Source of the DNA: an uncultured bacterium
GTDB taxonomy: Bacteria; Bacteroidota; Bacteroidia; Chitinophagales; Chitinophagaceae
Length of the DNA: 64,000 nucleotides
Assembly: GCA_964293305.1 (NCBI GenBank)
Contig: CAXYYO010000011.1
Span: forward strand, 1-64,000
Direction: 5' to 3'
Below the pieces are notes generated by a model. The model had not been told where the DNA came from. It worked only from the letters and a program-made list of their open reading frames with translations, and ran no database searches. This document shows positions 18,788-27,628 of this stretch, one piece after another; within the stretch, counting starts at the first letter, position 1, and the number at the start of each line of letters is the position of its first letter. Position numbers and translations under genes: made by a program.

Positions 18788-20194
18788 ATGAGTTTTGCAC
18801 CACTACCCATTTCCATTCAAGATCAGTTCATCAACCTGATGCAGATAAATGATGCTGCCGGCATTAGGGTATTTCTCAACAATCAGAATATTAGTGATGT
18901 AGCTATACTTGTCAATGACAATCCCGAATATGAAGCGCAGATTATGGGTAATATGTTTATCAATAGGGCGGCTAAAGTATTTAAGTTGTTAGATTTTGCG
19001 CAGCAAAAAGATATTATAAAAGCATTGCCTAATTTTAAAACAGCTGAGTTGCTAAATGAGTTACCTACAGATGACCGTACTGATTTTTTTGAAGATTTAC
19101 CCAAAGAAGTTATAAGGGATCTAATCAAATTATTAGAACCAGAAGAAAGAAAAATAGCCTTGCAATCACTTGGATATCCAGAGGATAGTGTAGGCAGGTT
19201 AATGACACCGGATTATGTATTTGTATATGTAAATGATAGTGTGGAGGATGTTTTTCAAACTATTCGTAGGCATGCCAGAGGTACTGAAACTATTGATGTA
19301 ATTTATGTAATTAATGAACAAGGTCAGTTAGTGGATGACCTGCGTATTAGAGATATTATTTTAGCATCACCCGACAAGCGAATTGAGCAATTAATAGACC
19401 ATCGTTTTGTAGCATTAAATGCCAATGCAGATCAGGAAGAAGCGGCTACTGTTTTTAAGATGAATAATAGGGTGGCACTGCCTGTAACCGATGATTACAA
19501 TATGCTATTGGGTATTGTTACCATAGATGATATGTTATGGGTTGCTGATGAGGAGTTTAGTGAAGACATACAAAAAATAGGTGGCACTGCGGCTTTGAAT
19601 GAGCCCTATTTAGATATCCCTTTTTTTACATTGATAAAGAAAAGAGTAGGCTGGTTGATTGTATTATTTATTGGTGAAATGCTTACTGCAACTGCCATGG
19701 CATTTTTTAGTGATGAAATAGAGAAGGCGGTGGTGTTGTCCATATTTGTTCCATTGATTATAAGTACGGGTGGCAACAGTGGTAGTCAAGCTTCTACATT
19801 AATTATACAAGCGCTGGCTTTAGGGGATATTGCTATTGATGACTGGTGGCGGGTGATGCGGCGGGAGATATATAGTGGGATAGTTTTGGGAGGTATATTA
19901 GGTATTGTAGGGTTTTTTAGAATTATGGTTTGGCATTATATGATGCAGCAAGGAATGATAGAAGATATATATGGTGCATATTGGCTGCCTGTTGGTTTTG
20001 TAGTGGGTTTGTCGTTAGTTGGTGTAGTACTTTGGGGTACTCTTACAGGGAGTATGTTGCCTATATTTTTAAAAAAATGTGGAGCGGATCCGGCGGTGTC
20101 ATCGGCACCATTTGTAGCAACATTGGTAGATGTAACTGGGTTACTCATCTACTTTTCGTTAGCGTGGGTATTTTTGAAGGGGCTGCTGCTGTAG
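18788..20194 (+). CDS. mgtE: magnesium transporter MgtE
   Basis: The 468-aa ORF has an N-terminal MgtE_N region, tandem CBS-like regions and a C-terminal 5-TM MgtE domain (GNSGSQ...DVTG). Confidence 0.85.
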   Translation: MSFAPLPISIQDQFINLMQINDAAGIRVFLNNQNISDVAILVNDNPEYEAQIMGNMFINRAAKVFKLLDFAQQKDIIKALPNFKTAELLNELPTDDRTDFFEDLPKEVIRDLIKLLEPEERKIALQSLGYPEDSVGRLMTPDYVFVYVNDSVEDVFQTIRRHARGTETIDVIYVINEQGQLVDDLRIRDIILASPDKRIEQLIDHRFVALNANADQEEAATVFKMNNRVALPVTDDYNMLLGIVTIDDMLWVADEEFSEDIQKIGGTAALNEPYLDIPFFTLIKKRVGWLIVLFIGEMLTATAMAFFSDEIEKAVVLSIFVPLIISTGGNSGSQASTLIIQALALGDIAIDDWWRVMRREIYSGIVLGGILGIVGFFRIMVWHYMMQQGMIEDIYGAYWLPVGFVVGLSLVGVVLWGTLTGSMLPIFLKKCGADPAVSSAPFVATLVDVTGLLIYFSLAWVFLKGLLL

Positions 20195-20318
20195 CAAGGT
20201 ATGGAAAGATATTGAAGTTGAATATTGTTTTTTTGCATTATAAGGATAAAGACTTCATTGAATAACTGAAAATAAAGAAGCACATAAAAATTTCAATTTT
20301 ACTCTAAGTGAAAAGAAA

Positions 20319-20795
20319 ATGAATATGTCGATAGAATATACTCCGGAGCAAATATGGAAAAAAATTACATGGTATTGTCAGTACCAAGAAAGATGTCATA
20401 CCGAGGTATTACAAAAATTAAAATTGATAGGTGTATGGCAAAAAGAACAGGATGCTATACTTTGTAAATTGATACAAGAAAATTATATCAATGAAGAAAG
20501 GTTTGCCATGCAGTATGCCGGTGGTAAATTTCGAATGAAGCAATGGGGAAAAGTAAAAATAAAATATGGGTTATTGCAGAAGGGAGTAAGTGTTTATAAT
20601 ATTCAAAAAGCTTTACTATCAATTTCCGATGATGATTATGAGGAAACAATACTCAAACTGGCTCAAAAAAAATGGAAGCTACAAAAAGGTGCTGTCCACA
20701 TTAGGAAAAGAAATTGCTATAGCTATTTACAACAGTGTGGATATGAAAACCAGCATATATTGAATGTTTTAGGGGTTATTGAAGCAACAAAATAA
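20319..20795 (+). CDS. recX: regulatory protein RecX
   Basis: The 158-aa ORF has the RecX-family helical repeat pattern (ITWYCQYQERCHTEVLQKL...). Confidence 0.7.
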   Translation: MNMSIEYTPEQIWKKITWYCQYQERCHTEVLQKLKLIGVWQKEQDAILCKLIQENYINEERFAMQYAGGKFRMKQWGKVKIKYGLLQKGVSVYNIQKALLSISDDDYEETILKLAQKKWKLQKGAVHIRKRNCYSYLQQCGYENQHILNVLGVIEATK

Positions 20796-21011
20796 AACAA
20801 GATTCGGGATGGACTTTTTTATTTCTGCCTTTTTTTATCTTCTCCAGAAACAACTAAAACCAACTGCTAAAATGGTAATGGCGATAAGAAAATCAGTACA
20901 CATACTTTAGATACATTTAGAGAAAGGTTATGTACTAAGCTCGGAGTGCAAACTATAGCAGGCATTATTCTGGAAGCCATCCGAAGAAAAATTATACAGC
21001 GCTAAGAAAAA

Positions 21012-21788
21012 TTATTTACCTGTAAACAAAGCTTTTCTTTTTTCCAAAAATGCAGATACACCTTCATGCATATCGGCAGTATTAAAACATTGGCCAAACA
21101 AGTTTATTTCTTTTTCAAAGCCATTTTCAGTTTCATCATATACTGCGTTTGCAGCTGCAATACAAGCAGCTATAGCAATTGGTGCTTTTGTGTTGATGAG
21201 TGTAAGCAATTCTTTTGCCTTTGGCAATAATTCTTCGGAAGTTGTTATATAGTTTATCAGTCCATATTGCAGTGCAGCTGTGGCATCTATCATACCTCCG
21301 CTCATTAATAATTCTAAAGCCCTTCCTTTACCTATAAGTTGAACTAAGCGCTGTGTGCCCCCATAGCCGGGTATTAATCCAAGATTGACCTCTGGTTGTC
21401 CAAATTTTGCTTGTGCCACAGCAATCCTGAAATGACAGCTCATAGCTAATTCACATCCGCCACCGAGAGTAAATCCATTGATAGCCGCCAATACCGGTTT
21501 ACTGCATTTCTCAATTTTAAAAAATGTTTCATGGCCACGTCGGCTCAATGCTTTTGCTTCTTCTACAGTATGATTACTAAATTCAGCAATATCAGCACCT
21601 GCTACAAATGCTTTTGGGCCGGCACCTGTTATGATTACTGAACGAATACTGCCATCAGATTCCACCTGATCAAAAGCGGTATTCAAATCATCAAATACAG
21701 CTTTGTTGAGTGCGTTTAATTTATCAGGACGATTAATAGTGATGGTGCAAATACTATTTTCAATTTCAACAAGTAGTGTAGTGTACAT
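21012..21788 (-). CDS. enoyl-CoA hydratase/isomerase (crotonase) family protein
   Basis: The 258-aa ORF has ITINRPDKLNALN, an AFVAGADI oxyanion-hole region and GGGCELAM. Confidence 0.9.
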   Translation of the reverse strand: MYTTLLVEIENSICTITINRPDKLNALNKAVFDDLNTAFDQVESDGSIRSVIITGAGPKAFVAGADIAEFSNHTVEEAKALSRRGHETFFKIEKCSKPVLAAINGFTLGGGCELAMSCHFRIAVAQAKFGQPEVNLGLIPGYGGTQRLVQLIGKGRALELLMSGGMIDATAALQYGLINYITTSEELLPKAKELLTLINTKAPIAIAACIAAANAVYDETENGFEKEINLFGQCFNTADMHEGVSAFLEKRKALFTGK

Positions 21789-22042
21789 AAAAATTTATTC
21801 TGGTCAAAAATAATGGAATGTAAATGGCAAGTACAGCAAATTTTTTTATTGATTGTTCAGCTAACTGCTAAACTATTGTTGAAGTGCAATATTGATAACT
21901 ATTTTAATTTTCTTGGCTCAGGAAATGGAAAACATTATTTGGAAAATATTGATTACATAAAATAGCCACTCAGCATTTATTTTTGATGATAGATTTCCAT
22001 CTAAAAAATTGATGGTATAAAACATTTCTCTATTTTCACGCA

Positions 22043-22606
22043 GTGAAAGAAAATTCCTCTATTATATTAGCTATTGATCCCGGTACGGTCATAATGGGAT
22101 ACGCCATTTTAGAAGAAAAACAAAAAAAACCTGTTTTGGTTACAATGGGTGTTTTAAAACTAGCAAGTACAAAAGACATTTATGCAAGACTAGAAAAAAT
22201 TTATAGTTTAGTGTCTGACCTTATAAAAAAATATAACCCTACAAGCTTTGCAATAGAAGCTCCATTTTTTGGAAAAAATGTACAGAGTATGTTAAAGCTA
22301 GGACGTGCTCAGGGTGTGGCCATAGCAGCTTCAATGCAAGCCGGTATTGGTGTGTCTGAATATTCTCCAAAGAAAGTAAAGTTAGCTGTTACCGGTAATG
22401 GAAATGCGGCAAAAGAGCAGGTGTGGAAAATGCTGCAACACCAAATGAATATTGAAGAAAAGCCACAATATTTTGATGCTACAGACGCACTTGCTGTGGC
22501 ACTTTGTCATTACTACGAACTCAATGGACCACTAGCCAAGCAAGGAAAAGGATTTAAAAGTTGGGATGATTTTATCCAGAAAAACAGCCACAGAATTTCA
22601 TCATAG
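22043..22606 (+). CDS. ruvC: crossover junction endodeoxyribonuclease RuvC
   Basis: It carries ILAIDPGTVIMGYAIL at the catalytic Asp region. The ORF-track start at 22043 is GTG. Confidence 0.85.
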   Translation: MKENSSIILAIDPGTVIMGYAILEEKQKKPVLVTMGVLKLASTKDIYARLEKIYSLVSDLIKKYNPTSFAIEAPFFGKNVQSMLKLGRAQGVAIAASMQAGIGVSEYSPKKVKLAVTGNGNAAKEQVWKMLQHQMNIEEKPQYFDATDALAVALCHYYELNGPLAKQGKGFKSWDDFIQKNSHRISS

Positions 22607-23038
22607 TGCTGCTATAGCTGCTATGATTTTTTGCTGGGTAGCCAGCATTTCTTCCTGAGATAATTTTAATTTAGACCTTGTAAAATTCAAATCATCTGCA
22701 CTATTTATTGGCACCAAATGTACATGCGCATGTGGTACTTCAAGACCAATAACAGCAATGCCACACCGGCGGCAAGGCATGGTAAGTTCAATGGCTTTAG
22801 CAATCGGTTTTGCAAATGCAAATAATTTTGCAAGTGTATCATCAGACACATCAAAAATTTTATCTGTTTCTACTTTTGGTACCACTAAAACATGTCCATT
22901 AACCAGTGGAAAAATATCTAAGAAAGCATAAAATAATTCATCTTCCGCTATATTGTAAGATGGAATTTCTCCGCTAATAATTTTTGAAAATATACTCATC
23001 TTGATTTTGCTTACTGCTTTATAAACTGATATCTTCAA
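22601..23038 (-). CDS. HIT family (histidine triad) hydrolase
   Basis: It has the HAHVHLVP histidine triad. It overlaps the ruvC 3' end by 6 nt (convergent) and the greA 3' end by 20 nt. Confidence 0.85.
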   Translation of the reverse strand: MKISVYKAVSKIKMSIFSKIISGEIPSYNIAEDELFYAFLDIFPLVNGHVLVVPKVETDKIFDVSDDTLAKLFAFAKPIAKAIELTMPCRRCGIAVIGLEVPHAHVHLVPINSADDLNFTRSKLKLSQEEMLATQQKIIAAIAAL

Positions 23039-23492
23039 TTTTAAATTTTAGCATACCATTGGGCACCTGCACCTCCGCAATTTCCCCTTTCTGCTTTCCC
23101 ATTAAACCCTTGCCAATAGGAGAGGAGGCAGATATTTTTCCCGCTTTTAAGTCTGCTTCCTTTTCACCAACCACCTGATAGGTAATCGTTTTTTTGGTAC
23201 CCAAATTTGTGATGGTTACTTTGGTTAATAAAGAAACTTTACTCGTATCAATATTGCTACTATCTACGATGCGTGCATTGGCAATCTGGCTTTCTAATAA
23301 TTTAATTTTTGCTTCCAGCATACCCTGTGCTTCTTTTGCGGCATCATATTCTGCATTCTCTTTTAAGTCCCCTTTTTCTCTTGCTTCTGCTATTGCCCTA
23401 GAGGCAGCAGGACGTTCTACCCCTTTCATTCGTTGTAAGTCTTCACGCATTTTTTCGAATGCTTCTTCTGACACATATACTGCATCACTCAT
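23019..23492 (-). CDS. greA: transcription elongation factor GreA
   Basis: The 157-aa product from the internal Met reads MSDAVYVSEEAFEKMREDL... The ORF-track N-terminal extension (MQRCKTIVALYFFCHFKDRKI) is rejected. Confidence 0.85.
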   Translation of the reverse strand: MSDAVYVSEEAFEKMREDLQRMKGVERPAASRAIAEAREKGDLKENAEYDAAKEAQGMLEAKIKLLESQIANARIVDSSNIDTSKVSLLTKVTITNLGTKKTITYQVVGEKEADLKAGKISASSPIGKGLMGKQKGEIAEVQVPNGMLKFKIEDISL

Positions 23493-23515
23493 AATCTTTC
23501 TATCTTTAAAATGAC

Positions 23516-23551
23516 AAAAAAAATACAACGCTACAATTGTTTTGCAGCGTT
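23516..23551 (-). terminator. intrinsic terminator on the minus strand, ~24 nt upstream of the greA start (candidate greA leader attenuator and/or rsmE terminator)
   Basis: On the plus strand the sequence is AAAAAAA(23516-23522)TACAACGCTacaattgttttgcAGCGTTG. On the minus strand this is a 7-bp stem, CAACGCT/AGCGTTG, followed by U7. Confidence 0.6.
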
Positions 23552-23625
23552 GCACTTAAACAAAAATAGGATTTTAGCAATTGTATCCAAAAAAAAATAC
23601 AGATGTTAGCATTTGATTTAATGCT

Positions 23626-24330
23626 TTATAATTTTGATAAACATATAATTGCGGTAAGCGCAGCCGTTTCTGTGCGTAGTCTATTCGTTCCAAAATGTAT
23701 CGGTTCAAAATTGTGCTCAATAGCGAGTTGTGTTTCTTCTAAAGTAAAATCGCCCTCCGGTCCAATAGCAATCATTATCGCCGCAGGCATACCTATTTCA
23801 TGTATATGTTTTTTATTCCCATCATTACAATGTGCAATCAGTTTTTGCCCTTGAAAATCATTACTACAAAAAAATGCTTTAGTGCTTTGCGGCATGGATA
23901 ATACTGGCAGACGTACTTGTTTGCTTTGTAGCATTGCAGATATAATAATCTGCTTAAACCGATCTACTTTAAAATGTTGTTTTTCGGTTCTATTACATAT
24001 AAGGGGAATGAATTGTTGGATGCCAATTTCAGTTGCTTTTTCTATCAACCATTCAATTCTGCTTTGGTTTTTTAGTAAGGAAACAGCCAGCACAATATTT
24101 TGATTGGGTGCTTCTGTAAATGATGATTTGATAATACTAACTGTTCCGGTTTTTTTTGCTGCTGATACTACTACACAAGTATGTAAAAAACCTCGACCAT
24201 CCGTTAATTCTATTTGGTCTTTTGCTTGCAAACGCAATACCTGAAATGCATGTTTTGCTGTAAGTTCACTCAATTCAAAAATTGTATTTGAAGGAGTTAT
24301 GTCCGGTTCATAAAATATTGGTAAAGACAT
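23626..24330 (-). CDS. rsmE: 16S rRNA (uracil1498-N3)-methyltransferase RsmE
   Basis: The 234-aa ORF shows the RsmE family pattern, with N-terminal PUA-like and C-terminal SPOUT regions (...IAIGPEGDFT). Confidence 0.8.
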   Translation of the reverse strand: MSLPIFYEPDITPSNTIFELSELTAKHAFQVLRLQAKDQIELTDGRGFLHTCVVVSAAKKTGTVSIIKSSFTEAPNQNIVLAVSLLKNQSRIEWLIEKATEIGIQQFIPLICNRTEKQHFKVDRFKQIIISAMLQSKQVRLPVLSMPQSTKAFFCSNDFQGQKLIAHCNDGNKKHIHEIGMPAAIMIAIGPEGDFTLEETQLAIEHNFEPIHFGTNRLRTETAALTAIICLSKL

Positions 24331-24464
24331 GTATAATGTTATGTTGGTATTAGATTCATTTTTCCGAATTGGGTAAAATTTATATAAAAATAACTATGTA
24401 AGCAACGGATAAAACTAGCTAAAATCACCAAAAAATATTTGACCATCAGCTTGCCTGCTCCTTT

Positions 24465-24971
24465 TTAAAATAAAGTCTGAATGCCATTTTTTATACGAAA
24501 TTCATGTTGTAGCAGCCACTTTTTTCGCATCAATCCACCTGCATATCCTGTTAAAGATTTATTACTACCTATCACCCTGTGGCAGGGTACAATAATGGCA
24601 ATTTTATTTTTGCCATTCGTAGTGCCTACTGCACGTACTGCTTTTTCATCACCTACTTGTTTAGCTATTTGAAGATAAGATGTTGTAGTGCCAAAAGGTA
24701 TGCTGAGTAACTCACCCCAAACCTTTTGTTGAAATGATGTGCCTTCTTGGTGTACCGGTATAGAAAACGCTCTTCTTTTCCCATTAAAATATTCAATCAA
24801 TTGTTCCGTACATTGATGTATTACTTCGCTTACACCAGGCTCACCATGTATCATTTGCTGCATGGTATCTACAAATGAAATTTCTGTAATATAATGTTCT
24901 GTAGCACCTATCAGTAGCAATCCCGCCGGACTTTGATAATAGGTGTAGTACACTCCGGTTATTGTTTGCAT
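24465..24971 (-). CDS. ogt: methylated-DNA--protein-cysteine methyltransferase (Ogt/MGMT)
   Basis: It has the active-site PCHRVIG motif. Confidence 0.85.
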   Translation of the reverse strand: MQTITGVYYTYYQSPAGLLLIGATEHYITEISFVDTMQQMIHGEPGVSEVIHQCTEQLIEYFNGKRRAFSIPVHQEGTSFQQKVWGELLSIPFGTTTSYLQIAKQVGDEKAVRAVGTTNGKNKIAIIVPCHRVIGSNKSLTGYAGGLMRKKWLLQHEFRIKNGIQTLF

Positions 24972-24977
24972 AAAATA

Positions 24978-25307
24978 TTATCCCATTTTACTTCCATTTG
25001 GCACACTACGCTCAGGCTGCAGCAATACTACTTCATTTGCATCATCATATAAACCAAGTACCAAACATTCACTATAAAAATTTGCTATTTGTTTTACAGG
25101 AAAATTAACGACTGCTATTACTTGCCTTTGTAGCAAGCTGTTAGTATCGTAATATTTAGTGATTTGTGCTGATGATTTTTTTACACCCATTGCCCCAAAG
25201 TCAATTGTGAGTTGATATGCAGGTTTTCTAGCTTTTGGAAAAGTTTCCACTGCTATGATAGTACCACAACGAATATCCACTTTTTCAAAATCTGCCCATT
25301 CAATCAT
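24978..25307 (-). CDS. tRNA-binding protein (CsaA/EMAP-II-like OB-fold domain)
   Basis: The 109-aa ORF has DIRCGTIIAVETFPKARKPAYQLTIDFG, typical of the CsaA/MetG C-terminal tRNA-binding domain. Confidence 0.75.
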   Translation of the reverse strand: MIEWADFEKVDIRCGTIIAVETFPKARKPAYQLTIDFGAMGVKKSSAQITKYYDTNSLLQRQVIAVVNFPVKQIANFYSECLVLGLYDDANEVVLLQPERSVPNGSKMG

Positions 25308-25376
25308 TTTATTTGTTTATTCTGTTTTTTATTTTCATTTTGCGGGCTCAATGTACAAACAAATAAATATTTTTTT

Positions 25377-25790
25377 ATGATAAGACATGCTACAGCCGTG
25401 TGGATGGGAACCGGAAAAGAAGGTAATGGTAATTTAAGTACCCAAAGTGGTACCCTCACAAATACGCATTATTCCTATAAAAGCAGATTTGAAGATGGAG
25501 ATGGTACCAATCCTGAAGAGTTAATAGCAGCAGCGCATGCCGGTTGCTTTTGTATGAAGTTAAGTTTTGTACTTGGTGCCGCTGGTTTTACACCGGAAAA
25601 GCTACAATGCACAGCTCATATTACTTTAGAAAATGGGGCCGTTACTGCATCACATTTGGTGCTACAAGCAGCGGTGCCGGGTATAAGCAAGGAAGCGTTT
25701 GACACCTGTGCTACTGAAGCCAAGGAAAATTGTCCAATTAGTAAATTATTAAATGCGGCAATTAGTTTGGACGCTACGCTAAATGCTTAA
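25377..25790 (+). CDS. OsmC/Ohr family peroxiredoxin-like protein
   Basis: The 137-aa product starts at the internal ATG at 25377 (MIRHATAVWMGTG...). It has conserved Cys residues in HAGCF and ENCPIS. The ORF-track 5' extension overlaps the upstream convergent gene and is rejected. Confidence 0.8.
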   Translation: MIRHATAVWMGTGKEGNGNLSTQSGTLTNTHYSYKSRFEDGDGTNPEELIAAAHAGCFCMKLSFVLGAAGFTPEKLQCTAHITLENGAVTASHLVLQAAVPGISKEAFDTCATEAKENCPISKLLNAAISLDATLNA

Positions 25791-25798
25791 TATTTTCT

Positions 25799-26248
25799 AT
25801 GTCCAATGAAATTATTATAAGAAAAGCTGGTTTTGCTGATGCAGCTGAAGCAGCTTTTCTATTTGATCAATATCGCATGTTTTATGAGCAGCCCACTGAT
25901 ATAAAAGGTGCTAAGCGATTTATCAGTGAAAGGCTGCAACTCAAGGACAGCGCAGTATTTCTAGCCTATATAGGAGGACAGGCTGTTGCGTTTACACAGT
26001 TATATCCCATCTTTACATCAGTTGGCATGCAGCGCAGTTGGCTTTTGAATGATTTATTTGTAATGGAATCTGCAAGAGGGAACAAAGTAGCTACGCATTT
26101 ATTAGAAGCTGCCAAGCTTTTTGCAAAAAGTACCAACAGCAAATGGCTGCTATTACAAACTGCTGACAATAACTTCAATGCACAGGCATTGTATGAAAAA
26201 GACGGTTGGAAAAAACAATCTGATTTTTTCTATCAATATGATTTATAA
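25799..26248 (+). CDS. GNAT family N-acetyltransferase
   Basis: The 149-aa ORF has an acetyl-CoA binding-type core (LLLQTADNNFNAQALYEKDGW). Confidence 0.7.
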   Translation: MSNEIIIRKAGFADAAEAAFLFDQYRMFYEQPTDIKGAKRFISERLQLKDSAVFLAYIGGQAVAFTQLYPIFTSVGMQRSWLLNDLFVMESARGNKVATHLLEAAKLFAKSTNSKWLLLQTADNNFNAQALYEKDGWKKQSDFFYQYDL

Positions 26249-26405
26249 ACAGCATGTACGTTCATATTGATTTTGTTTTATTTGAGACATTTGTAAATGT
26301 TCAAACCCCCTTCAAATAGTTTTGGAAATACTTATCATCAGTTAGAAGTATTTATTGTATTTGTTTAAATTCATATTTATATGAAAAACAGTGATAAGCT
26401 TTTTT

Positions 26406-26421
26406 TATACCAATTGGTATA
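26406..26421. promoter_or_regulatory. perfect 16-bp palindrome TATACCAATTGGTATA in the 690-bp AT-rich intergenic region
   Basis: It is seen directly in the sequence. It is a candidate dimeric-regulator operator about 520 bp upstream of 26941. Confidence 0.3.
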
Positions 26422-26940
26422 GCAAAGAGTGAATAGGTCAAAATAGCTGAAATCCAATTTTTGGGCTTGGAGGCAACCATAAAACTCACATCTTTACTAC
26501 CGCACTTGGGCATTGCATCAGGTTTTTTTTCTTGCCCCCTCTGTTTCTATATTAGCAATTGATTTTGTATAATCACTTTCGCAGGCCTGAAGCTTTCATA
26601 ACGTATTTATTTTCTTCAGGTATGGATTGTTAAGCAATGAAAATGCAGAAGATAACTGCCGAATATGAATAACATTTGTCAGCATGATGATTTGCAAATT
26701 GTCAGAAAAAAATGAGTTGTTGGTATATAAAACGAAAGGATAAATAATGCTCAACAATTAGTAAATCTAATTATTTTATATACGAAAAGGAGTAGCTAAA
26801 ATAACTCGATGTTTTGAACATTAACTATGAAAGAACTTACAGCTTGGGTAAGAAAAATATGCTATATGAAATGTTTCATTTAAAGTCAACTATTATTGTA
26901 AATATTAATTCTTTATTTCGCAAAACTAAATTTTTTAAAA

Positions 26941-27369
26941 ATGAAAAAAATTTCTTCTCAATGCTTACTCTTATTAATGGCAGTTTCATTGTTTTTTTCT
27001 CAATCTGGCTATGCAGCTACAGCAGGGTTTGTAACCGAAACTATAGGGGATCAAACAAAACAAACTTCTAGCAGTAATGAGCAGGTAACAACAGATGCCA
27101 AAACTTATTTTAAAAATCTCTCTGCTAAAGAAAAAAAACTTAAAACAAAAGAAGCTAAGCAGGCACTAAAAGAGTATAAAAAAGAAAAAAAAGCAGGAAG
27201 TAAAAAGGAAACTGACCAACTATTATTGATTTTAATTGCTATCCTTATACCGCCACTTGCAGTCTATTTACATGAAGATGAAATCAATGGAAAATTTTGG
27301 TTGGATCTAATTCTTACATTATTGTTCTACATACCTGGATTGATTTATGCGCTGATTGTAATTTTATAA
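26941..27369 (+). CDS. signal peptide plus Lys/Glu-rich linker fused to a C-terminal YqaE/Pmp3 (UPF0057) proteolipid domain
   Basis: The 142-aa ORF has the leader MKKISSQCLLLLMAVSLFFSQSGYA and a KEKKLKTKEAKQALKEYKKEKKAGSKKE linker. Two C-terminal TM helices (LLILIAILIPPLAVYLH...FWLDLILTLLFYIPGLIYALIVIL) match the Pmp3 pattern. Confidence 0.6.
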   Translation: MKKISSQCLLLLMAVSLFFSQSGYAATAGFVTETIGDQTKQTSSSNEQVTTDAKTYFKNLSAKEKKLKTKEAKQALKEYKKEKKAGSKKETDQLLLILIAILIPPLAVYLHEDEINGKFWLDLILTLLFYIPGLIYALIVIL

Positions 27370-27386
27370 GCAAAACATAATACACT

Positions 27387-27419
27387 GGAGGCTCATAAAT
27401 TTGAGCCTCTATGTTTTTC
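27387..27419 (+). terminator. rho-independent terminator
   Basis: GGAGGCTCAtaaatttGAGCCTCtatgTTTTT. Confidence 0.7.
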
Positions 27420-27628
27420 TACTATCATCCAAAAAAATCATTTCGTATTTTTATTTTATTGCAGATATTGGTATAATGCATAAAAGCCAACTGCTTTACA
27501 GACAGAATATAAAAATAACATGGAAACATGAAATAATTGGAGTCTGATTCAAAACTTATAAATCATTTACAGACCACTTTAGAAACTTACTAATATTAAT
27601 TATTTCATCTCACTATCTTCGTGCTTGA

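Noticed and set aside
19930-20265. The 111-aa ORF overlapping the mgtE 3' end in another frame
   Set aside because: It is an out-of-frame overlap of the MgtE transmembrane domain with no independent support.
20796-21011. Possible terminator between the convergent recX and crotonase genes
   Set aside because: There are T-rich tracts but no convincing stem-loop. It is not called.
23194-23514. The 106-aa plus-strand ORF opposite greA
   Set aside because: It is antisense to a conserved gene, has a Ser/Ala/Leu-rich low-complexity translation, and has no start signal.
23019-23555. The 178-aa version of greA beginning MQRCKTIV...
   Set aside because: GreA proteins are ~157 aa. The internal ATG at 23492 gives MSDAVYV..., and the extension would run through the predicted leader terminator.
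25212-25376. The 55-aa N-terminal extension of the OsmC-like ORF
   Set aside because: It overlaps the convergent CsaA-like gene on the other strand, is hydrophobic and low-complexity, and the OsmC fold begins at the internal Met at 25377.
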